Below are positions 1 through 12,817 of a stretch of 64,000 bases of DNA, piece by piece. Location of the stretch: contig NC_043016.1 in the NCBI RefSeq assembly GCF_006345805.1, positions 27,032,001 through 27,096,000 of the forward strand, read 5' to 3'. This DNA comes from Octopus sinensis (lineage: Eukaryota). The translations under genes were made by a program, and so were the position numbers. Position 1 is the first letter of the stretch. Each line of letters begins with the position of its first letter. The notes beneath the pieces were generated by a model. That model was not told the DNA's origin and did not search any database. It worked only from the letters and a program-made list of their open reading frames with translations.

Positions 1-733
1 GTGTGTGTGTGTAATGTATGTGTGTAATGTGTGTGTGTGTAATGTATGTGTGTAATGTATGTATGTAACGTAACGTGTGTATATTGCGTGCGTGTATATA
101 AACCTATTTGTATCACTACAGACTGTTGTGATTGTTTAACATGGTAATTAAATTATTCTTTATATATTGAAAACCATTAATCAATTTTTCCAACTTATTA
201 TAATTAGCTCATTCAGTTAAATTGTTGCTCTTTTTCATTGTAACGTACATTGAACATCAATCGCATGAATGTCGACAATGTGGGAATCGGCTACAAGGTC
301 ATGGGCATAGTCTTTTTCTCTGAGTGATTTCTGTTATACATGAAGTGTGTATACGTATGTCTGGATATATGTGTATAAAATAACCTAGGTATGTTGTTTG
401 TATGAACGTTTATTATATATATTCACATAACTGTAATTACTGACAGAGCGAAACGATACAGTAAGTTCCATAGGTGGAGTGGCAATGGAAAGTGAGGTGA
501 AAAGGAAAGAACGATAAAAATACTGTATATATCAACAGTATGTATATACGCAAGAACCACATTAGAAAGGTTGTACGTAACTTTTAAGAAGTATATTAAT
601 AAAATATCGAAAACTTCTTAGGGAATACACATATATATATATGAATACACACATACACATGTCTCTCTCTCTCCCGCTCTCTCACACACACACACTAGTC
701 GTATGTATGTATGTATATATATATATATATATG

Positions 734-1067
734 CTCTTTTACTTGTTTCAGTCATTTGACTGAGGCCTTTAGTCGAGCAAATCACTTATTCTTTGTAAGC
801 CTAGTACTTATTCTATCGGTCTCTTTTGCCGAACCGCTAAGTGACGGGGACGTAAACACACCAGCATCAGTTGTCAAGCGACGTCGGGGGTGGGGGGACA
901 TAGACTCACATATATATATATATACAACGGGCTTCTTTCAGTTTCCGACTACCAAATCCACTTACAAGGCTTTGGTCGGCCCGAGGCTATAGTAGAAGAC
1001 ACTTTTGCCCAAGGTGTCACGCAGTGGGACTGAACCCGGAAACATGTGGTTCACACAGCCACTCCTA
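734..1067 (-). mobile_element. tRNA-derived CORE-type SINE, family A (octopus OR-type)
   Basis: On - strand: tRNA-like head with a GGTTCAGTCCC B-box-like motif (internally shortened here), CCTTGGGCAAG core, internal (TA)/(TG) microsatellite and (AAAAGAGT)-type tail; many copies in the window. Confidence 0.85.
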
Positions 1068-1156
1068 GGCCTCTCTCTAGGCCTATATACATATATATAC
1101 GCACACACGCTTGTATGTATGTGTGTATATATGTTACATACATACACGCTAGTCGT

Positions 1157-1204
<48 letters not shown>

Positions 1205-1606
1205 TATATACACATATATACACACACACACACGCTGTTCGTTTAATTATCGTTACTTTTTTGAAGTTGCTATCTTTGTTCATTTTTCACTTATTTATCT
1301 AGCTTTGCTTGGAACTCCCCAGCTGCATTCTATTGAGGTATTTAATTCTCAGCTGTGGAATGTCTCTTGATGTCGGTTATTGAAGCACTAAACACACCTA
1401 AAATGTATACGAACTGTAGAGTTACGTTAGTTCTTTTAAGTTCCCTTTAAAAATTATATACCTTTGCTTTCGTCAGCCGGTGTGTTGATTGTGGAAGTGG
1501 TGCGTGTGTATAGTGAATATGTGCGCGTGTATGTATGTATATATGCGTGTATGTGTGTATATATATATATATACACACACACAAATACAAATACAATTGG
1601 CGCGTT

Positions 1607-1853
1607 GAAGGTGTTTGTAAGCCATTTAAGAAACACACAAAAGCCGTTCGATTCACTTCAACATTTAAGTTTAATTTGTCAAAATATTTTCGTCGCTAAA
1701 ATCCGCGACCTGTTCACTGAGATGCAGCACAGATTTTTGTCAGTGAACAGGTCGCGGATTTTAGCGACGAAAATATTTTGACAAATTAAACTTAAATGTT
1801 GAAGTGAATCGAACGGCTTTTGTGTGTTTCTTAAATGGCTTACAAACACCTTC
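1607..1853. repeat. Perfect inverted repeat (foldback): 114-bp arms, 19-nt spacer
   Basis: 1607-1720 is the exact reverse complement of 1740-1853; imperfect pairing extends ~20 bp further out. Confidence 0.95.
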
Positions 1854-1941
1854 CACGCTGCAATTGTTTTCGTTTCAGCACACGATCTCAGATCAAATCA
1901 CTTGCTATGCGAGTACACCCCCCCCCTATATATATATATAT

Positions 1942-2020
1942 AATACTGGTGTCGATTTATATATATATATATATATATATATAATACTGGTGTCGATATA
2001 TATATATAATACTGGTGTCG

Positions 2021-2059
<39 letters not shown>

Positions 2060-2125
2060 CACACACACACACACATACACATAGTCAGTTGTCATAGTTT
2101 AGTGGAATAAATCGACACCAGTATT
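1942..2125. repeat. Three direct copies of aatactggtgtcgat(ttat) interleaved with (TA)n, plus one inverted copy
   Basis: Direct copies at 1942, 1983 and 2008; reverse complement ataaatcgacaccagtatt at 2107-2125 inside a SINE. Confidence 0.85.
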
Positions 2126-2248
2126 TTTAAAGTTCGGTATTTATTCTATCGGCCAATTTTGCCGAGGCGCTAAGTTAAAGGGACGTAAACACATCAGCAT
2201 CGGTTGTCAAGCGGTGGTGGGGGTACAAACACAAGGACTGACAAACAG

Positions 2249-2283
<35 letters not shown>

Positions 2284-3762
2284 ACGGGCTTTTTTCAGTT
2301 TCCAGATCCACTTAAGTATTGTCCAATCCAAGGTATCGCGCAGTGGAACCGAACTAGAAACGATGTGTAGGATGCGGACTTCTTAAAACCACACAAACCA
2401 CTCCACACACAAACACAATATTGTTTTGAAGCAGGGAAGTGAAATTCGTGGAATATATATATATATATTTTGGTGTATAACTTCGGCTGCACAAAGTAAC
2501 TTTATTGAACCTGCCTTTGATTCTGACTAAGATTTAAACAGATAAACAAACTTCGGGCTGCTGTTAAAAATTTAAAATACGATTCATTCCACGTTGCTGG
2601 TTTATGTACGTGTATGAATTAGTGTAAAAAAATTTTTTTTTAAATGAATAAGAAACATATCTATCCGTAAGTTTTATCATTGTCATCATACTCGAGTTTA
2701 TTTTGTATTAGTTTTTGTTTTCGTTGTTATTATTGCAAGTTCAACATAGTCGACAATTCTTATTTGTATCTTATTCTGATATTATAGATACTTGCACTAA
2801 ATATAAAAATAGTAAACCAGAAAATCCCCCCTCCCCGCAACAAAAGCTATTACTAGCATTACTGTTAGTACTGCTACCACCAGCACCATAACGACCACTA
2901 CTGCTCATTTTTACCATTATCACCACTACTACTATTACTGTTTTTGTTACAGTTTTCAATCTTTTAAACTTTGTTCCAGCTGTTTTAAAATTTGGTGCAC
3001 TGAGGTAGTTTTGTATGCTAATTACACAAATGAAATTTGTTTTTGCCATAAATTAATAAATAAAAAGTTTGCAAATTTAGGGTAATTTTAGCAAATTGAA
3101 AGCCACCGAAACATTGGTGCCTTATTACCATAGTAACAAGCGAAGCTGTAGTTTGCTTATACTACCACCACGAGTATTTTCTTTGACGAGTGCCTATTTT
3201 CTGAAATTACGTTTTTGAATTTTTGATACACAAGAAAACTATGTTAATTGTTTACATAAACTGAACTATTACTTATATTTTAAATTGTTTACATGTCTGT
3301 TCTACCGTTTCATCCCTAGCCTTTATCCAAATCCCTAACGTAGTTTGTTTTGTAATTTTTCACAAGAAATTTTGTTGAGGATCCGTTCCCCACTTATATT
3401 ATTTACATGCCTATTCGACCGTTTCATATGACTTATTCATTAAAATTTTTTAAAACTTCAAATCTTTACAACTTTTGTTGTAATATATTTTGCTTTCATG
3501 TTGTGATAGTTTAAACCTCGGTAACATTTTCCTGAATTTTTTTTTTTCTGGATCAAGTAAATAGCAAGATCAGATTCAGCGTGAAAAATTACACCAGTAT
3601 ACCAATTTTGAAATTTTAAAAATTGTGACAGCAACAGAAAACACCTCCTTCTTTTCTTCTTCTTTCCTCCTCCTTCTCCTTCTTCTTACTACTACTACCA
3701 CCACCACCACCAATAATAATAATAATAATTATTATTATTATTATTATTATAAAAGGTATAGA

Positions 3763-4160
3763 CATGGCTGCACCATAAGTTTGCTTCCCAACCACATAGT
3801 TCTGGTTTCAGTTCAACTATGTGGCAACTTGGGCAAGTGCCTTCTATTATAGACCTGGGCCAACCAAACCTTGTGAGTGGATTTGGTAGATGGAAACCAA
3901 AAGTAGTGTTTGTGTTTGTCCCCCACCACCACTTTACAACTGCTGTTGGTGTGTTTACATTCCCATAATGGCGGTGCCCCAGCATGGCCACAGCTAGTGA
4001 GCTGAAACTAGATAAATAAATAAATAAGTAGCTCGGCAACAGAAACTGATAGAATATGTATCAGGCTTTAAAAAAAGTACTATTTGACTAAAATTCAACA
4101 AGCTAGTGCCTCATCATGGCTGCAGTTTGATGACTGATAGAAGCACTAGATAAAGGATGA
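3763..4160 (+). mobile_element. SINE family A, older diverged copy
   Basis: Contains ttgggcaagtgccttctattatag and gtgagtggatttggtagatggaaac. Confidence 0.75.
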
Positions 4161-4404
4161 AATTGTTTTATAAATGCAATATCCTGGGGTAATTTGCATA
4201 GCAACAATAAAGTGCCATGGCAACTTAGTGTGAAAACGAAATGATCCAATATAAAAGAAAATAAACAATGCCTAAAGTTAAACTGTAGCTACTAAAATGG
4301 TTAAGAAAGTTGTTTTTGATTTTTTTTTTTTTAATAGCTACAATTTTTCTAAATGCAGATCGTATTAAATTTCTTCCAACCACTTGAAATTATTATTATT
4401 ATTA

Positions 4405-4655
4405 AGGCAGTGAGTTGGCAGAATCTGTTAGCATGCTGGACAAAAATGCTTAGTGATATCTCATCTGTATTTGTTCGGAATCGAATTGCACTGAAGTTGA
4501 CTTTGCTTTTCATCCTTTTGGAGTTGATAAAAATAGGTACCAGTTGAGCAAAATTACATTTACTCTAGTGAATGTAATTAGCTTGCCCCACCCCCACCCA
4601 AAAATATCAGGCTTTCTGCTTATAGTAGAAAGGATTATTATTATTATTATTATTA
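4405..4655 (+). mobile_element. tRNA-derived SINE family C (Nin-domain-like), (TTA)n tail
   Basis: gttgactttgcttttcatccttttggagttgataaaaataggtaccag resembles the Nin domain GTCGACTCAGCCTTTCATCCTT..GTCGATAAAAT..GTACCAG as recalled. Confidence 0.75.
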
Positions 4656-4664
4656 CTTGTATTT

Positions 4665-4860
4665 TCATTTAGCGTCCGCATTTCCATGCTAGCATGGGTT
4701 TGACGGTTCAACTGGGGTCTGTGAAGCCAGAAGGCTGCATCAGGCCCAGTCTGATCTGGCAGTGTTTCTACGGCTGGATGCCCTTCCTAACGCCAACCAC
4801 TCCGTGAGTGTAGTGGGTGCTTTTTACGTGCCACCCGCAGCTGGCAAACGGGCACGGACA
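4665..4860 (-). mobile_element. Retroposon family D fragment (GTTGGCGTTAGGAAGGGCATCCAGCCGTAGAAAC core; RTE-associated SINE-like)
   Basis: Nearly identical to 57839-58011; older copies near 11945, 25027, 42462 and 51860. Confidence 0.75.
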
Positions 4861-4914
4861 ATTATTTCATTAATTATTCTTAGTACATGCATGTGAATAT
4901 TTAGGATACTATAT

Positions 4915-5132
4915 ACTCTTTACTCTTTTACTTGTTTCAGTCATTTGACTGTGGCCATGCTGGAGCATCGCCTTTGGTCAAGCAAATCAACCCCAGGACT
5001 TATTCTTTGTAAGCCTAGTACTTATTCTATCGGTTTCTTTTGCTGAATTGCTAAGTTACGGGGATGTAAACACACCAGCATCAGTTGTCAAGCGATGTTG
5101 GAGGGGGGGACAAACACAGACACACAAACATA

Positions 5133-5165
<33 letters not shown>

Positions 5166-5472
5166 ATATATGTATGTGTATGTATATATATGTATGTGTA
5201 TGTATATATGTGTATGTATATATATGTATGTGTATGTATGTATGTGTATGTATATATATGTATGTGTATGTATATATATGTATGTATGTATATATGTATA
5301 TGTATACATACATATATACGACGGGCTTCTTTCAGTTTCCATATACCAAATCCACTCACAAGGCTTTGGTCGGCCTGAGGCTATAGTAGAAGACACTTAC
5401 CCAAGGTGTTATGCAGTGGAACTGAACCCAGAACCATGTTGTTCATAAGTAAGCTACTTACCACACAGCCAT
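4915..5472 (-). mobile_element. SINE family A, full length, with expanded internal (TATG/TG)n microsatellite
   Basis: Head, core and tail present; internal microsatellite at 5120-5317. Confidence 0.9.
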
Positions 5473-5480
5473 CATATGCC

Positions 5481-5539
<59 letters not shown>

Positions 5540-6199
5540 GTTTGAATCTGTAGGAGTTGTGTTTGTGGCCATATGTACTTTCATGTGTATATGCATGTGT
5601 GCCCACACCTTAATTCCTATATGACTGTTAATGTTTGCAGCTTGAGCTTCAAGTGTGTGTGTGTATAATGTATTTGTCTGGATGTATAATCTGGAATGCT
5701 GTGATAAGATCAAAAAGGCAAGTGAGTTGGAGGTGGTAGCTGTCCCCATCTCCTTGCCCCCCTTTTTTTTTTTTTTTCAACAGCGACTAATTTCCAACCC
5801 TTTTTAAAACCAATATTTTAACTTTGTTATGAATACATGTAATCGTTGCTATTTATAACTGTGTAAATGATTCCATTAGGGTATTAAATCCCACAAAACA
5901 GCAAGGCATTTTTGAAAAAAAAAATGAAAAAAAACAACAAAAAACTTCCTTCCACCCCCACCCATTTTATGACCCCCCCCCCTCAGTCATTCATTTCCAG
6001 TTCACATTTCAAAGTGAATTTATTAGTGTCGCATTACACTCTTTTGAAATGAAATATTCTCTGTTTTTGCTCAAAGAAAGAAAGAAAGAAAGAGGGAGGG
6101 AGTGAGAAATCAGTCCCCCTTTAAGCACTTATTTGATACAAGCAACCTCTACAAGTAAATTTCATCACTTTCACAACTTTATCTTTCCATCTTTCAAAT

Positions 6200-7400
6200 A
6201 CCTTTGGCAACATTAACGAATTTTCCCTTTCATGTCATAATTATTACCAGCACCTCTCATCATGATCTTTTAACACTCATTTAAACTGACATGTCCACAA
6301 TCATCTTGAGCTCCAAGTCTACCATCTAAGCCATGTGTTCACCATTACCTTGAGCTCTGCAATTATTGTTGACTAAGGCTCTGCACCTGCCATCATCTAG
6401 AGTCCTATGTGTGCTGTCAACATGTTCATAGAATACCTCTTCTTCATACCAAAACTTTAATTTTTGATAAGTTACTTTCAGGTTTCTTTGGTTTGTGGTT
6501 CTGTCTCCAGATTTGGTATTTAATTTTTCTACAGATTCTGCTACAAGAACTTAGTCTTCAGAGTATTTGAGCCCTCATCAGTTTAAGCTCTTCCTTAATG
6601 GTCTGTATAATTATGATTCCCCCTTCCCCCACCTGCGCACTGAATTCATTATTTGTTGACTCTTTGTTGATAGTGTCCTTCATAATCCATTCATCCGCTC
6701 CTAGTTTTCTTGGTGACCATCAAAATACATAGTTCCACACCCTGTATATTAAGTACAAGGGCTTGCTCTTAAGTACTTCTCTTGAAGTTTCATTGTTAAA
6801 AAGATGACAATGGTAATAATTCATCCAGACACAAATTCAAACTGCATCGCCATACTGCTGTCAGTCGAATAAACTGGACTGTCTGCTGTGTCTATTTGGG
6901 AAGTCCTTCATTCCTCCATGTATTTTCCTTATTCCTCAACCTTTATAATATCACTTCCATTCCTCTTTCTTTGTGTCAGAAGTAAATGTGCTTTTATCAA
7001 ACCATACATATTTCTACAGATTCTTTCTCTTACATTGCTTTTTAATCCAGAATATCTCCTGTCTTGATCATAACATTTACAAAACGTGTGCAAAACTCTT
7101 ATTTTAGGCTTCTTATCTTGCTTTCTTTGTGTTATTTCATATTTTTGTTGGCTGCCCTCTTTGAGTTTTTCTAGGTTGGTCTCTTAGCTTTTATGGGGTT
7201 TTCTGTTGTTCTATTCTAAAACCAATGCCACCTTCTGCTTGGCTGGAACTTGCACCAGTCACAACTCCGGTTTGTTGTCCTTGGCAGGTTGTTTCATAAA
7301 AATTCCGTTACCTGGTATGTTATAAGTCTCTATCTCATGCTCCATCTTGTCATAAAATTCATTTTATTGCAGAATCTGATCACTTGTTTCAAATTCCATG
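6200..7400 (-). mobile_element. Possible very old LINE (ORF1/endonuclease) relic
   Basis: A-rich - strand with LNIQG and RWGRGIII fragments weakly resembling APE motifs; many stops. Confidence 0.25.
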
Positions 7401-8214
7401 TTTTCATCTTCCATATATATCAAAATATTATATATATATATATATGCTTATTCTATTTATTTATTTATATGGAATATGTTATACTGAAGACACAAGTGTT
7501 CAAATTTAATGTTATTAATGATTTTTTTTTTTTTACTTATTAACTTATTTAGTTCTTTGTTGGTTTGGAACAATAATGTTTATAAGTCCATTAACATTTC
7601 ATGACCTTGCCTCAAACTTCTAAGTGAAGTGGTCACTGTCATATTGTTTCCTCATTGTTATAGTCAGCTGCAAGGGATCGTGGGAAGGGTGAAAGCCGAT
7701 AAGAATCATCAGATTACACATTGATTACTGGTTTACTTCAAACAAAACACAAAGGACATATAAGGATATAGGAAAATCCTAAATAATAAAAAAAAATATA
7801 GGACTCTCAGTTTTAACATAGCCAATGTATGTGTGTCTGTATGTGTGTAATGAATGTATCTGTGTGCATAGGTGTATGTATACATGTGTGGTGTGCTATG
7901 TGTGTTGACAATGTGTGCGCCTGTAGTCATGATGTGTTATGTGCTGTGTGTATGCATGTAATGTGTGTTGTTGCATGTGTGCGTGTGCGTGTGTTTATAC
8001 ATGTCTAATTCTGGCTATTCAAACTCTAAGTTCAAATTCTGCTGGGGATTTTTCCTCTCATTTTTCTTTTCAATGGTCCAAGATCAGCAGAAATTGTGGC
8101 ATAATGTCTTAGTTCATTTAATCTCTCTCTCTTTCCCTCTTTCCCTACTCTACAAACGTATATTCTACCACTATAAGAAAACCTTGTTGTTATTTATCAT
8201 TTATTCACTTGACA

Positions 8215-8527
8215 ATGCCCATGCTGTGGCACCACCTAGATGAATTTTAGTTAAACAAATCGACTCCAATAGTTATTTAAAAGTCTGATACTTATTCTAT
8301 TGGTCACTTTTGCTAAACTGCTAAGTTATAGGGGATATAAATAAATGAACACTCGTTGCCAAGTACACACACACACACACACATGATGGGCTTCTTTCTG
8401 TTTCTATTTACCAAATCCATTCGCAAGGCTTTGGTTTGCTTGGGGGTTGTTGTAGAAGTCCAAGGTGCTGTGCACTGGGACTGAACCCAGAAACCATGTG
8501 GCAGGTAGCAAACTTCTTACCACACAA
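8215..8527 (-). mobile_element. SINE family A, diverged copy
   Basis: Same head/core/tail order with heavy CpG decay. Confidence 0.75.
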
Positions 8528-8594
8528 AAATCATTTTAGAAATATTTTACTCTCATATATAGAAAGTTCACTACGTTATATATATTGTTTGTAG

Positions 8595-8889
8595 GTTAAT
8601 TTTTATGCTAACTTATACAACAATGACGTTGTTGTTGTCGTCTCGGCAGTAGTGTAACCTGAAAGAGAAAATGTATGCTAATACTCAGAAATGTATAACC
8701 TGTTTCATTGAAGCTATGAAATATAGTAGAGAGAGAGAAACAGGAAAAGTCTTTCCTCATATTTTTCTGTGCCATGAGCAAGTGAGCGAGACAAACCAAA
8801 CGCTGTATATTTATTGTTGCCTTTGTATAATAGCAGTGAAAGAAATACAAAAAAAACAAAACAAAACAAAACAAATCTTGGCATGTGAA
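8595..8889 (+). other. Candidate non-coding (5' UTR or alternative first) exon of SIPA1L
   Basis: Unique CpG-retaining island between SINEs, bounded by ttgtttgtag|g (8594/8595) and a consensus donor GAA|GTAAGT (8889/8890). Confidence 0.3.
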
Positions 8890-9345
8890 GTAAGTTAATG
8901 ATTTGTATTACCTGTTTTTCTTTATTTACTGTGCTTGGGATGGCTGGCCTCTTGTCAGTTCCACTTCCTTTCTCTCTCATCTCACACTGCGACTCTCAGC
9001 CTCTTTACTGCCTAACCCTGCCTTTGAGACCATCTCTATGTTAATAATCTGATATATTTTTTGAGTCGTTTTAGATGGTTGGCTTCATTTTACAACAGCA
9101 ACAACAACAACAACAACAATAATAATTTCTTACATAGGTGTGAGGCCAGAAATTGGAGGAAGAGAATAATGAATCATGTATCTACCATAGTACTTCTGTT
9201 TTTTTGTTTCTTCTTCTTCTTAATCAGATGGGAAGGTAATTAATGCTCATGACCATTTAAAGAGACTAGAGAGAGGGAAGGAGAGGAGAAAGGTATCCTC
9301 AAACCGAATACTTGGCTTCAATGCTTGCAACAAAGTAGGCTACTC

Positions 9346-9420
9346 TGCTAAAGGCTTCCAAGGTACCACTTTGCTGAAGACCTCCAAGGTACCACTTTGC
9401 TAAAGGCTTCCAAGGTACCA
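9346..9420 (+). repeat. 26-bp minisatellite, ~2.9 copies
   Basis: Unit tgctaaaggcttccaaggtaccactt at 9346, 9372 and 9398. Confidence 0.9.
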
Positions 9421-9671
9421 AGTGATAGTATTATACTGGGCCTTAACATTTTTGAGTTCAGTCCACCTGAGACTGCTCCTAGTTCTCTGGTGCAATTTTT
9501 TTTTTGACTGATCTAAATTAAAAACTTCCATCTAAATTTCTTGTTAATTTGTATTCTAAACATCATCTTAAGCCATTTTACTAAATTCTTCATTATTGCT
9601 GAAGTTGATTATAACAAAGAACAGTATATTTCAACAAAAATAAGATAATGAAAGGGTTAAATTTACTATAT

Positions 9672-10065
9672 TCTTTACTCTTTTTACTCTTTTACTTGTT
9701 TCAGTCATTTGACTGTGGCCATGCTGGAGCACCACCTTTAGTCGAGCAAATCAACCCCAGGACTTATTCTTTGTAAGCCTAGTACTTATTCTATCGGTCT
9801 CTTTTGCCGATCCTCTTAGTTACGGGGACGTAAACACATCAGCATTGGTTGTCATGCGATGTTGGGGGGGGGGGCAAACACAGTCCCACAAACATATACA
9901 TATATACGACGGGCTTCTTTCAGTTTCCGTCTACCAAATCCACTCACAAGGCTTTGGTCGACCCGAGGCTATAGTAGAAGACACTTGCCCAGTGTGCCAC
10001 GCAGTGGGACTGAACCTGGAACCATGTGGTTGGTAAGCAAGCTACTTACCACACAGCCACTCCTA
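9672..10065 (-). mobile_element. SINE family A, near-intact copy
   Basis: Near identical to the copies at 12818, 26820, 37443 and 50690. Confidence 0.9.
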
Positions 10066-10422
10066 TGTCTAAGCAGAAATGATTTCTCTAGTAGTAATTT
10101 AGAAGCATTGAGATGTATTGATAACTCTCAATATGTTGAGTACCCCACCTCCTTGTATGGATAAAAGTGAACCAAAGTCAAACCATGCATTTACTGTATC
10201 CTGGATCTTTTTTATCTTTCACTTGTTTCATTCATTAGACTGCAGCCATGCTGGGGCATAGCCTTGAAGAATTTTAGTTGAACAAATTAACCCCAGTACT
10301 TATTTTTTATTTTAACACCTTGTATTTATTCAAGAATTTCCTTTTGTTACAGGGATGTAAATACACCAACACTGATTGTCAAGTTATGGTGGCGCGCGCA
10401 CGCACACACACCACACACACCA

Positions 10423-10461
<39 letters not shown>

Positions 10462-10844
10462 ACACACACACACACACACTACTACTACTACTGCTACAAA
10501 CTTTCATCTTATAAAACAAAATCTAGATTTGCATTTAGGTTCTTGGTTCAGTCCCTCTGCACAGCATCTTGTGCAACTGTTTTGAATAGTGTCAGGTTAA
10601 TGAAGGAGGCCTTGTGAGTGGATTTGGTAGATGGAAATTGAAAGAATCCTGTTGTGTGTGTGTGTGTGTAGTTGTCTCCTACCACTGTTTGACAACCAAT
10701 GTTGGCATGTTTATGTCCCTGTATCTTAGCAGTTTGGCAAAAGAGACTGATAGAATAAGTACCAGGCTTAAAAAAAAAGTACTCAGGTCAGTTCATTCAA
10801 CTAAAATTCTTAGTTTAATGACTGACACTGAATAATATATAATT

Positions 10845-11068
10845 TAACCCCTTAGCTTTTAAACAGGCCATATCTGGTCAAAATATCTACCTGTTTTATG
10901 TTCAAACTGGTCAGATCTTGGGCTCTCAAACCAACCCTACAATGTCATTTTAAAAATTAAGTCAACTCATCGAAATCTCAAAGCTGCAAAATAATGCCTG
11001 ATTAATTTAAAACAATGTAAATAAATAAGAATTATATTTGACAAAATAATGTGAATACTAGAGGGATA
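10845..11068. mobile_element. TTAA-MITE family 2 (ccctttagcatt...gaatgctaaaggg); other copies at 49457-49640, 50293-50490, 62545-62722 and 63115-63344
   Basis: Shared internal ctaccctacaatgtcatt.taaaaataaac and TTAA-CCCT termini. Confidence 0.75.
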
Positions 11069-11676
11069 AAAAAACTAGTGATGATCTCTGACAGAAAAAG
11101 AAAAAAAGCTTAATAGAATTTATGAAGTAAGATAAGTTTTATTGTCATAAGAAGTGAGTTCTGACGGTTTTTCTTTGAAGAAATGATATGTGTACACACA
11201 TCTCCCAGTTTGTTCCATTTGTTATAAATCAATGTTGACTTTGAGGAGTAGAAATAGTAATATTTGATACTTTTTGTGAGATTACTAATAATGTGAGGGA
11301 TGTGTTCATTTTCTTCAAAAGAAAAGTCCCTGCCTTACAACATGAGAACTTGGCGCACACACATCTTATTTCATGAATTTTGTGTTTACAGCACACATAT
11401 TTTGTGTTTACAACATGAATTTATCGTATTTTATGAATTGAAATATAATCATTTGACTGGAAAAAATTCCCTTTGATGATAGTTAAGATTTCTATGCAGG
11501 GAATACTTTCTTTAAAACTAGATATCTACATTCTTACTCATCCCCTTTTGTACTTTCTTTGGTTCACAGAACTAGTTTAGGAAAGGAATGCATAAAAAAT
11601 GTAGTTGCTTTCTTCATAAAAGCTTGAAATTGTCAGTCAACATTCATTTATGTAATACATGTGTGTGTGTATGTGT

Positions 11677-11721
<45 letters not shown>

Positions 11722-12302
11722 TAATAACAATAATCATATAGGCAATCAAAATAGGTATAGGAAACAGGTATATAGCTGTAAAGGAGATTTCTATGGAAGT
11801 AATCAGTGGACTTGAAAGACAAAGGAGATGTGGTCAGAGTATGTTTTCAAAGTGCATGGAAGTTAATAAAGAGTAGCAACAGAAGATTGGAAGATTAGGT
11901 AAGGGGTAGGGACTTTTTAGTCTTGTGAGTTACATGGCAACCTCAAATTAATGCTGGTACCATGAAGAACTATCCAGTACACCTTTTTAGAGAAGTTGGT
12001 GTTATGAAGGGTATCCAGCTGTAGAAATTGTTCTGAAGCAGACTTTCGAGCTCAACACAGTCCTTCTACTCACCAAATCATGTCACTGTCCAACCCATTC
12101 CAGCTTGGAAGCTGAATGTGTGCATGCGCACAAGCACACACACAAGCGCACATGTGCATGTGCATTTTTTATGTTATAATAAGAAAAATTTAACATTAAC
12201 TGAAGGGTTACTCAATACTTTTTGTAGAGCACATTTATTCTTTAACAAGAATAGTTATTAATGGTGACTTTAAAGTTTCAACTGGCTAAACCATCATTAG
12301 AC

Positions 12303-12360
<58 letters not shown>

Positions 12361-12384
12361 TATATATAAATGCATAGATAGATA

Positions 12385-12755
12385 GGGGTGACTGATAAGA
12401 AGCTTGCTTCCCACTGCGTGGCACCTTGATAAAGTATCTCCCTCAGACCAACCAAAACCTTATGAGTGGATTTGGTAGATGGAAACTGATAGAAGTTTGT
12501 GTATGTGTGTGTGTGTGTAGATATATATGTAAGTGTGTGTGTCTTTGTGTCTGTGTTTGTCAACTGCTTGACATTGGTGTTGGTATGTTTACATCCCTGT
12601 AGTTTGCAGTTTGGCAAAAGCAGCCAATAGAATAAGTACCAGGTTTTAATTTTTTTTTAAATAAAAGAAGTCCTGGGGTCAATTAGTTTGACTAAAAAGC
12701 ATTCAAGGCAATGCCTCACCATGGCCACAGCCAGTTGATTGAAACAAGATAAGAT
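12385..12755 (+). mobile_element. SINE family A, diverged copy; tail-to-tail inverted with the next copy
   Basis: Contains cactgcgtggcaccttg, gagtggatttggtagatggaaac and catggccacagcc. Confidence 0.75.
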
Positions 12756-12759
12756 TTAT

Positions 12760-12817
<58 letters not shown>

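Larger units (their letters stand above)
1..3600. promoter_or_regulatory. CpG-retaining region; candidate promoter/first-exon zone
   Basis: By eye, unique sequence here keeps many CpGs while unique sequence downstream is CpG-depleted. X-box-like motif at 3124-3137; candidate donors at 461, 2667 and 3557. Confidence 0.35.

Noticed and set aside
5048-5448. ORFs rich in Y/I/C/V/M/H/T (also near 1000, 20032-20584, 26900, 31000 and 55200)
   Set aside because: Translations of (TA)n/(TG)n/(TATG)n microsatellites inside SINEs; not genes
9346-9420. Short direct repeats as a possible CRISPR array (also 1942-2026)
   Set aside because: No unique spacers, no cas genes, and a eukaryotic context
9845-10164. 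Recurrent peptides such as DGLLSVSVYQIHSQGFGRPEAIVEDTCP in many ORFs
   Set aside because: Chance reading frames of SINE family A, not a gene family
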